IMG/VR virus record: IMGVR_UViG_3300027763_000037 | Location: 1 to 64,000 of that record | Strand: one strand, 5' to 3' | DNA: 64,000 nt | Source of the DNA: a virus | Shown here: positions 35,145 to 44,707 of the stretch, in pieces | How positions within the stretch are numbered: position 1 is the stretch's first letter | Layout of the letters: every line of letters begins with the position of its first letter | Position numbers and translations under genes: made by a program | Notes under the pieces: model-generated | Seen by the model: the letters and a program-made list of their open reading frames with translations, nothing else | What the model was told of the DNA's origin: nothing | The model's database searches: none

Positions 35145-35741
35145 TTATTTGTCAACCCCTATCGCCTTGTTCCAGTTTGATAACGCCCAGTGGCCAATTC
35201 CACAAGCATCTGCTACATCGTTATCAGTAATAGTTCTATCATATATAGTGTTGATGTATCTTATTGTTCTTTGCTTTCTTAATTCTCTTTCGTGTGTTTT
35301 AATCCATGATTCTGACTTACCTGGATTTTGTGCTTTAATTATTAATTTTTCTTCTTTACTTATTTTTTTATTACCAATAAAATTCTGCCAAGTAATGGGA
35401 GCAACCTTGCCAATAACTTTTGTACCAACCTGACCAGCCGATCCAAGGATTGCTCCCTGGACTAAAGCAAGATCAGCAGCAGTTTTTGGACTATTCATAA
35501 ACACAGTATGTTCAATTATAATTGCTTCAAAGCCACCATAGTAATCAAAAAAGGCTCGTACCTTTTGCCCAGCATCCATAACCTTCTCGTATGTATCCTT
35601 ACCCTGAAAATTAATCTTTCCAACAGCGCCCAATGTTTTTTGTTGTGTATCAAACAAAGCAAAGGCAAAATTATTTGTACTAGCATCAATAGCACATATT
35701 GTCTTTGGCATAACCTCAAACCCCCATTTATTTTTCATCAA
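35145..35741 (-). CDS. RuvC-like Holliday junction resolvase
   Basis: CAIDAS, IIIE, D.DVADACGI. Confidence 0.75.
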   Translation of the reverse strand: MMKNKWGFEVMPKTICAIDASTNNFAFALFDTQQKTLGAVGKINFQGKDTYEKVMDAGQKVRAFFDYYGGFEAIIIEHTVFMNSPKTAADLALVQGAILGSAGQVGTKVIGKVAPITWQNFIGNKKISKEEKLIIKAQNPGKSESWIKTHERELRKQRTIRYINTIYDRTITDNDVADACGIGHWALSNWNKAIGVDK

Positions 35742-36012
35742 ACATTGCCTTTATTTCTTTTAGTGTAAGATTAACTTCTTTTGGACTGACAATGCAAAAA
35801 CCGCAAAGTGGGTCGTCATTATATATTGACAACTGTACTTGGCAGTTTGAGCAAAGTCTTACCTTACCAATTCTTTTTTTACGCTTTGTGTAAACGTATC
35901 TTTGTGCAATATTTTCTTTTGTTGCAGAGTTTCTACATTCTGCAGAACAATATATCTGATAAGATATTTTTGTTTCAAAGTTTACATCACACCATTTGCA
36001 ATTCTTCACCAA
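35728..36012 (-). CDS. Cys-rich zinc-binding protein
   Basis: C..C...QIYCS.EC...C..C...C..C. Confidence 0.65.
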   Translation of the reverse strand: MVKNCKWCDVNFETKISYQIYCSAECRNSATKENIAQRYVYTKRKKRIGKVRLCSNCQVQLSIYNDDPLCGFCIVSPKEVNLTLKEIKAMFDEK

Positions 36013-36811
36013 GAACCTCCAAGGATTTGAGTTTTACAACCCCTGTCCCTGCAGACTCACATGCCTTTTTAATTGGGCATGACTTGCAAATTTTTGAATT
36101 AGATCGATAATTTTTTGTTGGCAAAGTTTGATTTTCCCAATTTTTTCTTACCTCTCTCATCCAATCAAATGCCTGGTCTACCCACCGACGGTAATGATCG
36201 TTTACTTCTACAGGCAAAATAAGAAGTTCATGATTGTTTTTATTTTCATAAATCAATACTCCCTTTGCCTTTTTAAAAATTTTCATATAAATTAACAACT
36301 GCATAAGGTGACCGCTCTTTGCCTTATTTTTTGTTTTTCTATACTCAAATCCTTCATTCATCATTGTCTTAATTTCACCAATGAGTTCTTCTCCTTGCCA
36401 GTCAAGCATCACATCGCCATATCCAAAGATAGGAGGATCATCATATCTAACCTTAAACTCTGTAGTATCTTCGCCTTCATCATCTTTATAGATTTTTGCA
36501 ATTTTAGAATTCATCATTGCTGCCTGAATTCTTGCATGAGAAAGACTTCCAGCAGTCATATTTGCTGCGCTGTAGGCATCTGCATTATCTTCAAACATTT
36601 GACCATCAAAAGCCAGATACCAATACCTTGGGCACTCTCCATGACCAAAGGCAATAGTTGATGGCGCAAAAGTTTTCTTTGTTGTATGCTTATCAACTCT
36701 TTTTATAGTATATCCTTCTTGAATTTTTTGAATTAGCCCAGCAACATCCATAGGATGGATTGGCTGCTCTTCTGGCTTTATCATAATCGTGTGCAATAAA
36801 TTTTTTGTCAT
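35987..36811 (-). CDS. Cas4-like PD-(D/E)XK exonuclease
   Basis: PS...CPR, G.GD, EIKT, QL.IY, C-terminal C..CP...C. Confidence 0.85.
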   Translation of the reverse strand: MTKNLLHTIMIKPEEQPIHPMDVAGLIQKIQEGYTIKRVDKHTTKKTFAPSTIAFGHGECPRYWYLAFDGQMFEDNADAYSAANMTAGSLSHARIQAAMMNSKIAKIYKDDEGEDTTEFKVRYDDPPIFGYGDVMLDWQGEELIGEIKTMMNEGFEYRKTKNKAKSGHLMQLLIYMKIFKKAKGVLIYENKNNHELLILPVEVNDHYRRWVDQAFDWMREVRKNWENQTLPTKNYRSNSKICKSCPIKKACESAGTGVVKLKSLEVLGEELQMV

Positions 36812-36853
36812 TGTTATTATTCTCGTTTCTGTTAATCTAAGTATAGCAGAGAA

Positions 36854-37159
36854 TTACTTTGTTGTGTACTTTAATGCAGAAACAAGATTGTTAATTGCTT
36901 CGGCTGCGGTGTAGTATAAGTTCTTCTTTCCACGATCAGACTTATCTACATTTGCCATCCAGGTAGCCTTTAAGGCCATTTTTGCTGCAATTGCCTGAAG
37001 TCTAACTATCTCAACTGTTACAACATTTAAAGGAATATCTGGCTTTAAGATAACCTTGGCAATAAATGTAAGAGCAGTAGTAAGTTCTTCATCTTCCATG
37101 TAGTCTGCAATTTCAGACAGACCATTAATCATACTAATAGTGGTTGTATTTTCTGACAC
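36854..37159 (-). CDS. Hypothetical protein
   Basis: ORF track; helical, ends LVSALKY. Confidence 0.65.
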   Translation of the reverse strand: MSENTTTISMINGLSEIADYMEDEELTTALTFIAKVILKPDIPLNVVTVEIVRLQAIAAKMALKATWMANVDKSDRGKKNLYYTAAEAINNLVSALKYTTK

Positions 37160-37168
37160 GCTGTACTC

Positions 37169-37954
37169 CTAGTAACCAGTTGTTGGAGGGACAACATTAT
37201 CACGAATTGCGTCTTCATTATACTGTTGCCATGCTTTTTTAAAATCTTCTCGTTCATTTAATGTCTTTGAGTAGTTTGCCCTTGCTTCACCATTTTTAAC
37301 TGGATCAATTGGATTAGTTAGTCCAGTAAATCTGTAGTTGCTGGTTGGGCAATAGTCAAGACTTAAAATTTCCAGAAACTCTCCTTCTTTCCAATTTCTT
37401 TGTGGTCTCCAGTGAATCTGATTTACAGCAGAAAAAATAATTGTTTGTCCAGGAGCAAGTGAGTATGTTTTGCCATCAATGATTAGGTCCCACACAATGT
37501 TGGAACCAAAATTGGTGTTTACTGTAATGAGGTTTTCATCTGCGTCAATGTGTGGCGGTAGCATTGGGTTATTTTTGCCCTCAGAAAAATCTAAGTTGTA
37601 TTCAATATAATTATAGTGGCAAAGAGCAATGTCTCCATTATAGAGTGGCTTAACAACATTATCAACTTTTTCTTCAATATGTTTTGGCATTATAAATTCA
37701 ATAAGTTGTCTAGACATATGAGTAATATTTTTTGGTCTAAATCTTCCTGCAGGAGTTGGATCTTCTTCATGCTGCTCATTTGGTCTATAAAATACTGGCT
37801 CAAGAGATTTTCCGTGATCAAAAATTGCACGAAGTTCTTCTGCATCTTCTAAAGTATAAATATCATCTGCATAAAATGGAAGTTCTTTGTTATATTTTTC
37901 CATTGTTGTTAGATATTGGTGCATTGGAGCGTTTTCTCTTTGTTGATTTTCCAT
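37169..37954 (-). CDS. 2OG-Fe(II) oxygenase-like (HWRP type, copy 1)
   Basis: LPPHID, W.L..D, FS..NQIHWRP. Confidence 0.75.
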   Translation of the reverse strand: MENQQRENAPMHQYLTTMEKYNKELPFYADDIYTLEDAEELRAIFDHGKSLEPVFYRPNEQHEEDPTPAGRFRPKNITHMSRQLIEFIMPKHIEEKVDNVVKPLYNGDIALCHYNYIEYNLDFSEGKNNPMLPPHIDADENLITVNTNFGSNIVWDLIIDGKTYSLAPGQTIIFSAVNQIHWRPQRNWKEGEFLEILSLDYCPTSNYRFTGLTNPIDPVKNGEARANYSKTLNEREDFKKAWQQYNEDAIRDNVVPPTTGY

Positions 37955-37957
37955 TTT

Positions 37958-38698
37958 TTATCCTCTTGTCTCGTTTTGTTTAATGCTTTGCTCTGCTTCA
38001 ATTCTGTTTCTTTCTTGCTCAAAACTATTATTACTTTCTTTATTTTGATATCTCATGGTGTCTGTAGATCTTATATCAGAATTAGAAGTCCATGGCTCAT
38101 CATTTTTTGACCACTCAGTCCATCTTTCTAATCCTATACGTCTCATATTATTGATATGTTCTACTGTTAAAGGATCTTCCATTCCTACAACTTTAAAATG
38201 ACAGAATATCATTTCCATATATTCTCCATCAATAAACTCTCTAACTGGTCTCCAATGAACTTGATGTGTGCCAGAAAATGTTAGAGCCTGATTATCTTTT
38301 AATGTGTAGGTTGACTCGCTACCAGAATTATCTACAGTTACGCCCCAGTCCATATTTGCCTTTAATTGTATGTCTAGTGTTATTCTTGGTGAATCAAATG
38401 CTTCGTCTGTATGAGGAAACAGCAAAGGCCAGTATGTATATTTTTGACAATTTGATTTTGTCTTTTCATATCTAGAAAAGTTGTACTCTGATAAAACTAC
38501 TTGTCTTCCATACATGTTACTAACTAGGTCTTCAAGTTTCTTTTCAATTTCTTTAGGAAGTTCTATATGCCACGTATTATATCCAAGGCTTTTTACAAAG
38601 TCTGTTTCTTTTGTTGATGAAACTATATTGTATATATCAGAAATTTCTTTTTCTGTAAATACTGTTTTTACTACTACATTTGCCAATTTATTTAACAT
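37958..38698 (-). CDS. 2OG-Fe(II) oxygenase-like (HWRP type, copy 2)
   Basis: LFPHTD, TLD.QL..N.DW, FSGTHQVHWRP; start ATG 38698. Confidence 0.75.
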   Translation of the reverse strand: MLNKLANVVVKTVFTEKEISDIYNIVSSTKETDFVKSLGYNTWHIELPKEIEKKLEDLVSNMYGRQVVLSEYNFSRYEKTKSNCQKYTYWPLLFPHTDEAFDSPRITLDIQLKANMDWGVTVDNSGSESTYTLKDNQALTFSGTHQVHWRPVREFIDGEYMEMIFCHFKVVGMEDPLTVEHINNMRRIGLERWTEWSKNDEPWTSNSDIRSTDTMRYQNKESNNSFEQERNRIEAEQSIKQNETRG

Positions 38699-39305
38699 GG
38701 TGTTCCCCATTTCTATTCTGTATTCCATTATAAATATTATTAATCTTTTTCCTATGACTTTCTTTTGTGTCAAGTCGTAAATCAAAATATAGCATTTTTA
38801 CATACTCTCCATCATTCCAAATCCTCTTTGGCCTATAGTGGCTATATTCTAAAGGCTTTAAAAATAATGCAGAATTATCTTTAATAAAATGTAGTTCATC
38901 GTCAACTCCTATTGCCCAGTCTACTGTAGATTCTAACTGATAGTCTAGTATTAGAGAAGCCTTTCCTCCATCATAATGTGGGGCTAAGTCTGGAGTTCCA
39001 AATTTTGGATTATACTCTCCGTAAGTAACTGTATCATTCATTAAAACATATTCATTATTAGATTCTTTATCATTAACAATTGCATATATTTTTTCAATAA
39101 TATTTATAGGTATTTGAATTCCAGAGCATGTGGATCTTCCAAGTTGCTCTTGAATTTTTACTATTGTATCTACATAGGTATATTGACCATGGACTTCATC
39201 TATCCATTCAACATGCTCTCTCTTTGAGAGTTGCTCACTTATTGCCTGCTTCAGTTGGGCAACCTCTTCTTTAGAAAATACATTTTCAATGACTAATGAG
39301 TTCAT
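38688..39305 (-). CDS. 2OG-Fe(II) oxygenase-like (copy 3)
   Basis: LAPHYD, LDYQL.S..DW, HYRP; leaderless promoter 6 nt upstream. Confidence 0.75.
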   Translation of the reverse strand: MNSLVIENVFSKEEVAQLKQAISEQLSKREHVEWIDEVHGQYTYVDTIVKIQEQLGRSTCSGIQIPINIIEKIYAIVNDKESNNEYVLMNDTVTYGEYNPKFGTPDLAPHYDGGKASLILDYQLESTVDWAIGVDDELHFIKDNSALFLKPLEYSHYRPKRIWNDGEYVKMLYFDLRLDTKESHRKKINNIYNGIQNRNGEHHVK

Positions 39306-39312
39306 AGTTCTA

Positions 39313-39597
39313 TTATACCTTATCCACTAATTGTTCTAAAATAGACATTTCTATGACAGCAAGCCTCACCTTTGAGTTCCCCTCGCCAAGGGCAATAACA
39401 ATGGCTGGATCATTGCCATTTCTAATAGCATCAGTAGTGGCCTTTGCCCAAACCTCTTTATTTAAAGTAAAGGACTTTCCAACTTCTTTAAAGTCAACTG
39501 TAAAGTTTCCCCAGGTGGCATCTCCTTTATGTGTGCCACGGCCAGAGTTCTTATGCTGTTTAGCACCTATTCTCTTGGACTCACTCTTCTCTGTCAT
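39313..39597 (-). CDS. Small PD-(D/E)XK nuclease/Holliday junction resolvase
   Basis: E...K.NSG....KGD...VDFKE...SF.L. Confidence 0.7.
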   Translation of the reverse strand: MTEKSESKRIGAKQHKNSGRGTHKGDATWGNFTVDFKEVGKSFTLNKEVWAKATTDAIRNGNDPAIVIALGEGNSKVRLAVIEMSILEQLVDKV

Positions 39598-39749
39598 TGC
39601 CCTTCCATTTCTGCTTACCAAATTTAACGGTACTTAGATGCTTATCTTTACACATCCAAGTCATCTCTTTAGTTTCTGCATAAAGCCTTAATGTTTTTAC
39701 TTCTATCTTACATGTATGGCAAACAAATTTACCTTGATAAATTGTATAG

Positions 39750-40766
39750 TTAGGCACTTAGTTTAGCCTTGATTGATTCTTGCAAATCAAGATCCTCTCT
39801 TACACGATTAACAAATGCTTCTTTGCCCTGGACTTTTGAGCCGTCAGGAAGGATATACCAAGCACCTGTGCGTTCTACAATGCCATTTAGTTCAGCAGTA
39901 GTAACAAGATCACCGATGGTGTCAAGACCAATATCGTCACCTCTAAAATAAAAATCATACTCGCCAGATTGAAACCCTGGGGAGGTTTTTGAGAACTGGA
40001 GTTCCCACTTAATAGTTCTACCAATTTTTTCTTCAATTAGTTTATCTCCTACCTTGATCTTGCCCTTAATTGCTTGATTGTCTGACTCTGAAGAAAAGAG
40101 TTTAACAATACATGAGGAATAAAACTTAGTAGCCTGACCACCAGAAGGCTGCTGGCTAGTATACATAGCATTAATATTGTTACGAGACTGAGAAATAAGA
40201 ACAAGCAGAGTTGGCTTAACCTTATTGTTTGCATAGTTAAGCATTTTCCATGCGTTACTAAAGTCACGGGATTCGGCTCCAATCTGTTTAGTGTTTTCTA
40301 ATGCCTTCATTTCATCTGTATCTTTTTCAAAATAGATTGCAGGAAGCATTGATGTAATAGAGTCTACCACAATTAGGTCTACTCCAGCATTCATTAGTCC
40401 AACGCCAACATCTACCATGTCACTAATAGTTCTTGCTTGTGAGTAGATTAGTTTTTCTGGATCTACCCCAAGAGTTCTAGCCCAGTCTTCTGAGTATGAC
40501 ATTTCTGAATCAATCCACGCACACAGTTTACCTTCGGCTTGTGCTAGAGCAATCATCTGAAGGCACATAGAAGACTTTGCAGAGGACTTAGAGCCCCAGA
40601 TAAGAACTTGTCTACCATAAGGAAGACCTCCACCTAGTGCACGGTTTAGGCCATAACTAGGTGTTGGCTGATACTCATAGTTAACACCTACCCCGCTACC
40701 TAATTTCTTTCTTAATTTAGGATCAAGTTGTGCTAACGCTTCTTCTATACTAACTGACATGTACAT
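39750..40766 (-). CDS. recA: RecA recombinase
   Basis: LGGGLPYGR, Walker A GSKSSAKS, WIDSE, VVDS, ISQ.R, SGG.A.KFYSS, GAWY. Confidence 0.95.
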   Translation of the reverse strand: MYMSVSIEEALAQLDPKLRKKLGSGVGVNYEYQPTPSYGLNRALGGGLPYGRQVLIWGSKSSAKSSMCLQMIALAQAEGKLCAWIDSEMSYSEDWARTLGVDPEKLIYSQARTISDMVDVGVGLMNAGVDLIVVDSITSMLPAIYFEKDTDEMKALENTKQIGAESRDFSNAWKMLNYANNKVKPTLLVLISQSRNNINAMYTSQQPSGGQATKFYSSCIVKLFSSESDNQAIKGKIKVGDKLIEEKIGRTIKWELQFSKTSPGFQSGEYDFYFRGDDIGLDTIGDLVTTAELNGIVERTGAWYILPDGSKVQGKEAFVNRVREDLDLQESIKAKLSA

Positions 40767-43700
40767 CCTCCAATGTTACTGTTCCGTCTTTAGTCTTGCC
40801 AAAATCAAACTTGTATGACTTTCCTTCTTCGATGTGCATATACGCCTTTGCAAAAGATGTAGGGAAAACTGTAATAGAGTGTAGGTCTCTGCTTGTGTCT
40901 GCAAGTGTAAGAGATGCCATCTTCTTTCCAGCCTTTGTGATCCTTGGTTTAAAAGATACAACAAACATTTCTTCATCAGTGTATGGTAGTTGCTTATAGC
41001 CTAAGAACTTAACAAGAGCGTTAGTTGATCCCTTTATCTCATCAGAAGGAACTGCAGAAACAATCCTATTGTCATTAACAAGAATGAGGTAAGTACGACC
41101 AGTCTCAATAGTGGTATTTTCATCATCAAATATGCCGACACTGCCAGTTTTGTCCAAAACTTCAACTCGTGACCATCCTGTTCCTCGTTTAATTGATTTT
41201 ACCATACCCATAAATATGTATGATCCCTTTTCTTCAAAGTCAACAATGTCCTGAATGAATGCATAGTAATGAGAAGGAATCGTAATATTAAACTCTGGAA
41301 GGTTTAAATATTCATACAGGTTTTCTTTAATTTCTGCATCATTTCTTGGATTATCATTAAATGTTGCTGCGCCTATGGCATTCAGTGCTTGTAGTGCACG
41401 GCTGTTTACTCCGTTACCTTTAGTAAAGGTGAATTCTTCAAGTTCTTTGTACGAACCAAATGGTCGTGATTCAATATATCTTTGACCAATCTTGTCAGAT
41501 ATGAACTTGATAGCACTGAGCCCGAACCGAATGCCCTTACCCTCAATCTTAAAATCAATATCCGAATCGTTAATATGAGGTAGTTTGATGCTAATCCCCA
41601 TTCTTTTTGCTTCAATAAGATATTCAGTTCTTGCATCTTTATCCTTTTCATTTTTTAATATTGAGTACATGAACTCTAGTGGGTAATGATACTTTAACCA
41701 CGCCGTCCAATACGAGAGCGTAGAGTAAGCAACCGCATGAGACTTGTTGAACGAGTATCCCGCATGCGCTTCAAAGTCATGCCATAGATCACGAGCCGTA
41801 TTGGGACTAATATAGGCAGAAGCACCATTGACAAATTTGTCTTTGAATACATCAAACTCTTTAGCATCCTTCTTCTTTCCAATGATCTTTCTAACTTTAT
41901 CTGCTTCCGACATGGACATTTGTCCAAGGTGTACGCATGCTTGCATAACTTGTTCCTGGTAAAGAATACAGCCATAAGTGTCCTCCGTAAATTCTTTTAG
42001 TATTTGATGGATATATGATATGTTTTTGCGACCATGCTTTCTGTCAACATATTCTTTTCCAATAGTATTCATTGCTCCTGGGCGAACAAGAGCATTAGAT
42101 GCTGCCAGTTCATCAAGGTTTTTTACGCCCATCTTAACAAGAAGGTTTGTGTATGGTGCTGCTTCACACTGAAACACACCCTTTGTATATCCATCAGATA
42201 ACATCTGATAAACATTTGCATCGTCCATCTTAATCTTAAGAAGATCTATTTTCTTTCCATCTCGTTCTTTAATGATATCAATAGTGTCTTTTAATACAGA
42301 TAATGTTTTTAATCCTAATGCATCAATCTTTATAAGCCCGATGCGTTCAGCCTCTTCCATGTCGACGCCAACAACAGGTATACGTTCATCAGACCCAGTA
42401 GAAGATCTCGTTTCCAACGGAGCAAACCTAAAAATCGGATCTTTGCTAGTGACCACACCAGCAGCGTGTATGCCAGTACCACGAATACGACCACGTAATT
42501 GTTCACCATAGACCTCCACCTCTGGATATTTTTCTCTAAACTCTCTTGTTGATTTTGATGTGCAATAATCATCCCAAGAATCAACTGTCTTTAAAACCTT
42601 GTTAACATCTGATAACGGAATATTTAAAACTCGTGAAACATCTCTAACAATGCCTTTACCAGTAAACTGTAAGAATGTTGCAATTGATGCAACATGTCGA
42701 TACTGTCTAACTAGATAGTCTTTTACTTCTTCACGACGAGTATCTTGAATATCAGTATCAATATCTGGAAAGTCATTACGTTCTGGGTTAATAAATCGGA
42801 AGAAAAGAAGTTTATGCTGTATAGGATCGATATCAGTAATTCTTAGAGCATAGCAAACCAAAGATCCAGCAGCAGAGCCACGGCCTGGGCCAACCATGAT
42901 CTCTTCTTTCTTAGCCCAGTTGATCATGTTACTTACAACAAGGAAGTATGGAGCAAACTTTTTATCCTTAATAATCTGCAACTCTTCTTCAAGTCTATCA
43001 AGGTACTCTTGGTTCTCTGACAAACCTCGTTCTGCCAAACCTTCCATAGCAATCTTTGCAAGTTCTTTGTCAGGACTCTTATACTGTACTGGTAGTAAGT
43101 TTAATCCTTCTTGAATATCATAGTCTTCTACTGTATCTGCTAATAGGAGTGTGTTTGAGTATATGTCTTCTCTGTCAATACCCTGCAATACCATCGCTGC
43201 TTTCATTTCTTCATAAGACAAAAGATGAATATCAAACTTGTTAAATGTAATCTGACGATCTTCACCATATAGATAGTCAAGTCGCTTCATCATATCTGGC
43301 TGTTTCTTGGACTTATCATATGTTGTATCTTTTTGAATCTTTGCATGAGTATTCATAAGAAGTTTAAACTCTTGAATCTCTATCTGAGACTTATCTGCAT
43401 GGTGACAGTCTGGAGTTACGATAGCCTTAATTCCAAACTCATCTGCTAAATCAAGAAGATGCTTGTTAATATGAGGTTCGTTATGTGGCATTACTTCAAT
43501 ATAATAGTCTTTACCAAATTTTTCTTGGAACCAGGATATATATTTCTTTGCAAGTGCAAACTCTTCTTCTTCAAGTGCTTTAACCAAAACACTGCTTGGA
43601 CAAGCAGAAGAAACAATAATACCTTCTTTATACTTATCCAATATTTCAAAATCGAATCTTGGCTTCTTAAAGAAACCATCTGTCCAAGATAGTTCGCTAA

Positions 43701-44025
43701 TCTTGTTTAAATTTTCTAAACCAATTTTATTCTTGGCTAGAAGGATAATGTGATTATAGACAAGATCTTGCTGACCTTCTCTTTCAGACTTATCTCTTGT
43801 ATCAGATATGTCTGCACACATGTATCCTTCTAGACCGAGAATCGGCTTAATGCCCTTTGCTTTTGCAACTCGGTACAGTTCCCGATGCCCAGACAATGTT
43901 CCGTGATCAGTGATAGCCAATGCTGGCATATCAAGACCAACTGCTCGGTCTACTAATTCTTCTGGAGTAGCAATCCCATCAAACAAACTAAAATGGGTAT
44001 GGACATGTAAGCCTACGTAGTTCAT
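40750..44025 (-). CDS. dnaE: DNA polymerase III alpha subunit
   Basis: PHP HVHTHFS.LDG/TDHG, GPGRGSAAGS, PDIDTD, HAAG, YSFNKSHA. Confidence 0.97.
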   Translation of the reverse strand: MNYVGLHVHTHFSLFDGIATPEELVDRAVGLDMPALAITDHGTLSGHRELYRVAKAKGIKPILGLEGYMCADISDTRDKSEREGQQDLVYNHIILLAKNKIGLENLNKISELSWTDGFFKKPRFDFEILDKYKEGIIVSSACPSSVLVKALEEEEFALAKKYISWFQEKFGKDYYIEVMPHNEPHINKHLLDLADEFGIKAIVTPDCHHADKSQIEIQEFKLLMNTHAKIQKDTTYDKSKKQPDMMKRLDYLYGEDRQITFNKFDIHLLSYEEMKAAMVLQGIDREDIYSNTLLLADTVEDYDIQEGLNLLPVQYKSPDKELAKIAMEGLAERGLSENQEYLDRLEEELQIIKDKKFAPYFLVVSNMINWAKKEEIMVGPGRGSAAGSLVCYALRITDIDPIQHKLLFFRFINPERNDFPDIDTDIQDTRREEVKDYLVRQYRHVASIATFLQFTGKGIVRDVSRVLNIPLSDVNKVLKTVDSWDDYCTSKSTREFREKYPEVEVYGEQLRGRIRGTGIHAAGVVTSKDPIFRFAPLETRSSTGSDERIPVVGVDMEEAERIGLIKIDALGLKTLSVLKDTIDIIKERDGKKIDLLKIKMDDANVYQMLSDGYTKGVFQCEAAPYTNLLVKMGVKNLDELAASNALVRPGAMNTIGKEYVDRKHGRKNISYIHQILKEFTEDTYGCILYQEQVMQACVHLGQMSMSEADKVRKIIGKKKDAKEFDVFKDKFVNGASAYISPNTARDLWHDFEAHAGYSFNKSHAVAYSTLSYWTAWLKYHYPLEFMYSILKNEKDKDARTEYLIEAKRMGISIKLPHINDSDIDFKIEGKGIRFGLSAIKFISDKIGQRYIESRPFGSYKELEEFTFTKGNGVNSRALQALNAIGAATFNDNPRNDAEIKENLYEYLNLPEFNITIPSHYYAFIQDIVDFEEKGSYIFMGMVKSIKRGTGWSRVEVLDKTGSVGIFDDENTTIETGRTYLILVNDNRIVSAVPSDEIKGSTNALVKFLGYKQLPYTDEEMFVVSFKPRITKAGKKMASLTLADTSRDLHSITVFPTSFAKAYMHIEEGKSYKFDFGKTKDGTVTLEDVHVS

Positions 44026-44026
44026 A

Positions 44027-44683
44027 TTACCAATCAGCGTTGGTTGATGAAGTTACAGATGGACTGTCAAAGCCCAAATAAAATGCTTCCTGCTCAGCAT
44101 AAGGAATCTTCTTTAGTGCTGACTCAAGAGGATAAGGCTCAACTGTTCCCCAGTTAAATGGTTCCTTATCTGGTGCTGATGGAATCAATGTGTAATTTGT
44201 TTCAGTTCCCTGACCATTACGCTTTAACTTCCATAGTACATTTGAGATGCTTCCTGTTTCAAGAGCATACTCACGAATTGTATTAAATGATGACTGCTTG
44301 CTGATACCCATTGACCAGATTGCAACATATGGTGCTTCGATACCGTCATCTACAAGAACGTTACAATAGAAACGAAGACGACCTCTCCAGCCAGCCTTTG
44401 GATCTTTACGGTGCATTTCTTCTGCCCAGTCACGTCCTTCTGTGTCCATAGTGTCTACAGCCTTGCGCTTATAGTCCTTTGGATTAACGTGCTCCTTAAC
44501 AACTAGTGCAAGTCCACGCTTTTCATTATAGTTTGCAGAGTCCTCATCAAGTTCTTCAATGAATCGGATCTTTACTGATTGGCCATCGGCAAGTTTAAGC
44601 CACTTTACCTTTGGTCCTGACTCGTCATACTTTGGCTTGTCGAGCAGGGCATTGATTGCTTTTAGTCCCTTTACTACGCTCAT
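44027..44683 (-). CDS. ssDNA-binding protein (phage type)
   Basis: KL.DGQSVKIRF, K.KRNG.GT.T.Y, acidic/aromatic tail; lies between primase and polymerase. Confidence 0.7.
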   Translation of the reverse strand: MSVVKGLKAINALLDKPKYDESGPKVKWLKLADGQSVKIRFIEELDEDSANYNEKRGLALVVKEHVNPKDYKRKAVDTMDTEGRDWAEEMHRKDPKAGWRGRLRFYCNVLVDDGIEAPYVAIWSMGISKQSSFNTIREYALETGSISNVLWKLKRNGQGTETNYTLIPSAPDKEPFNWGTVEPYPLESALKKIPYAEQEAFYLGFDSPSVTSSTNADW

Positions 44684-44707
44684 ATTATTCTCCTTTGTGT
44701 TGTTGTA

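Noticed and set aside
35987-36811. Cas4-like gene as evidence of CRISPR-Cas
   Set aside because: No array or other cas genes are present; stand-alone Cas4-like exonucleases are routine in phage replication blocks
40750-44025. Intein or intron in dnaE, recA, dnaB or terL
   Set aside because: Lengths are normal, motifs are contiguous and no intein or homing-endonuclease signature is visible
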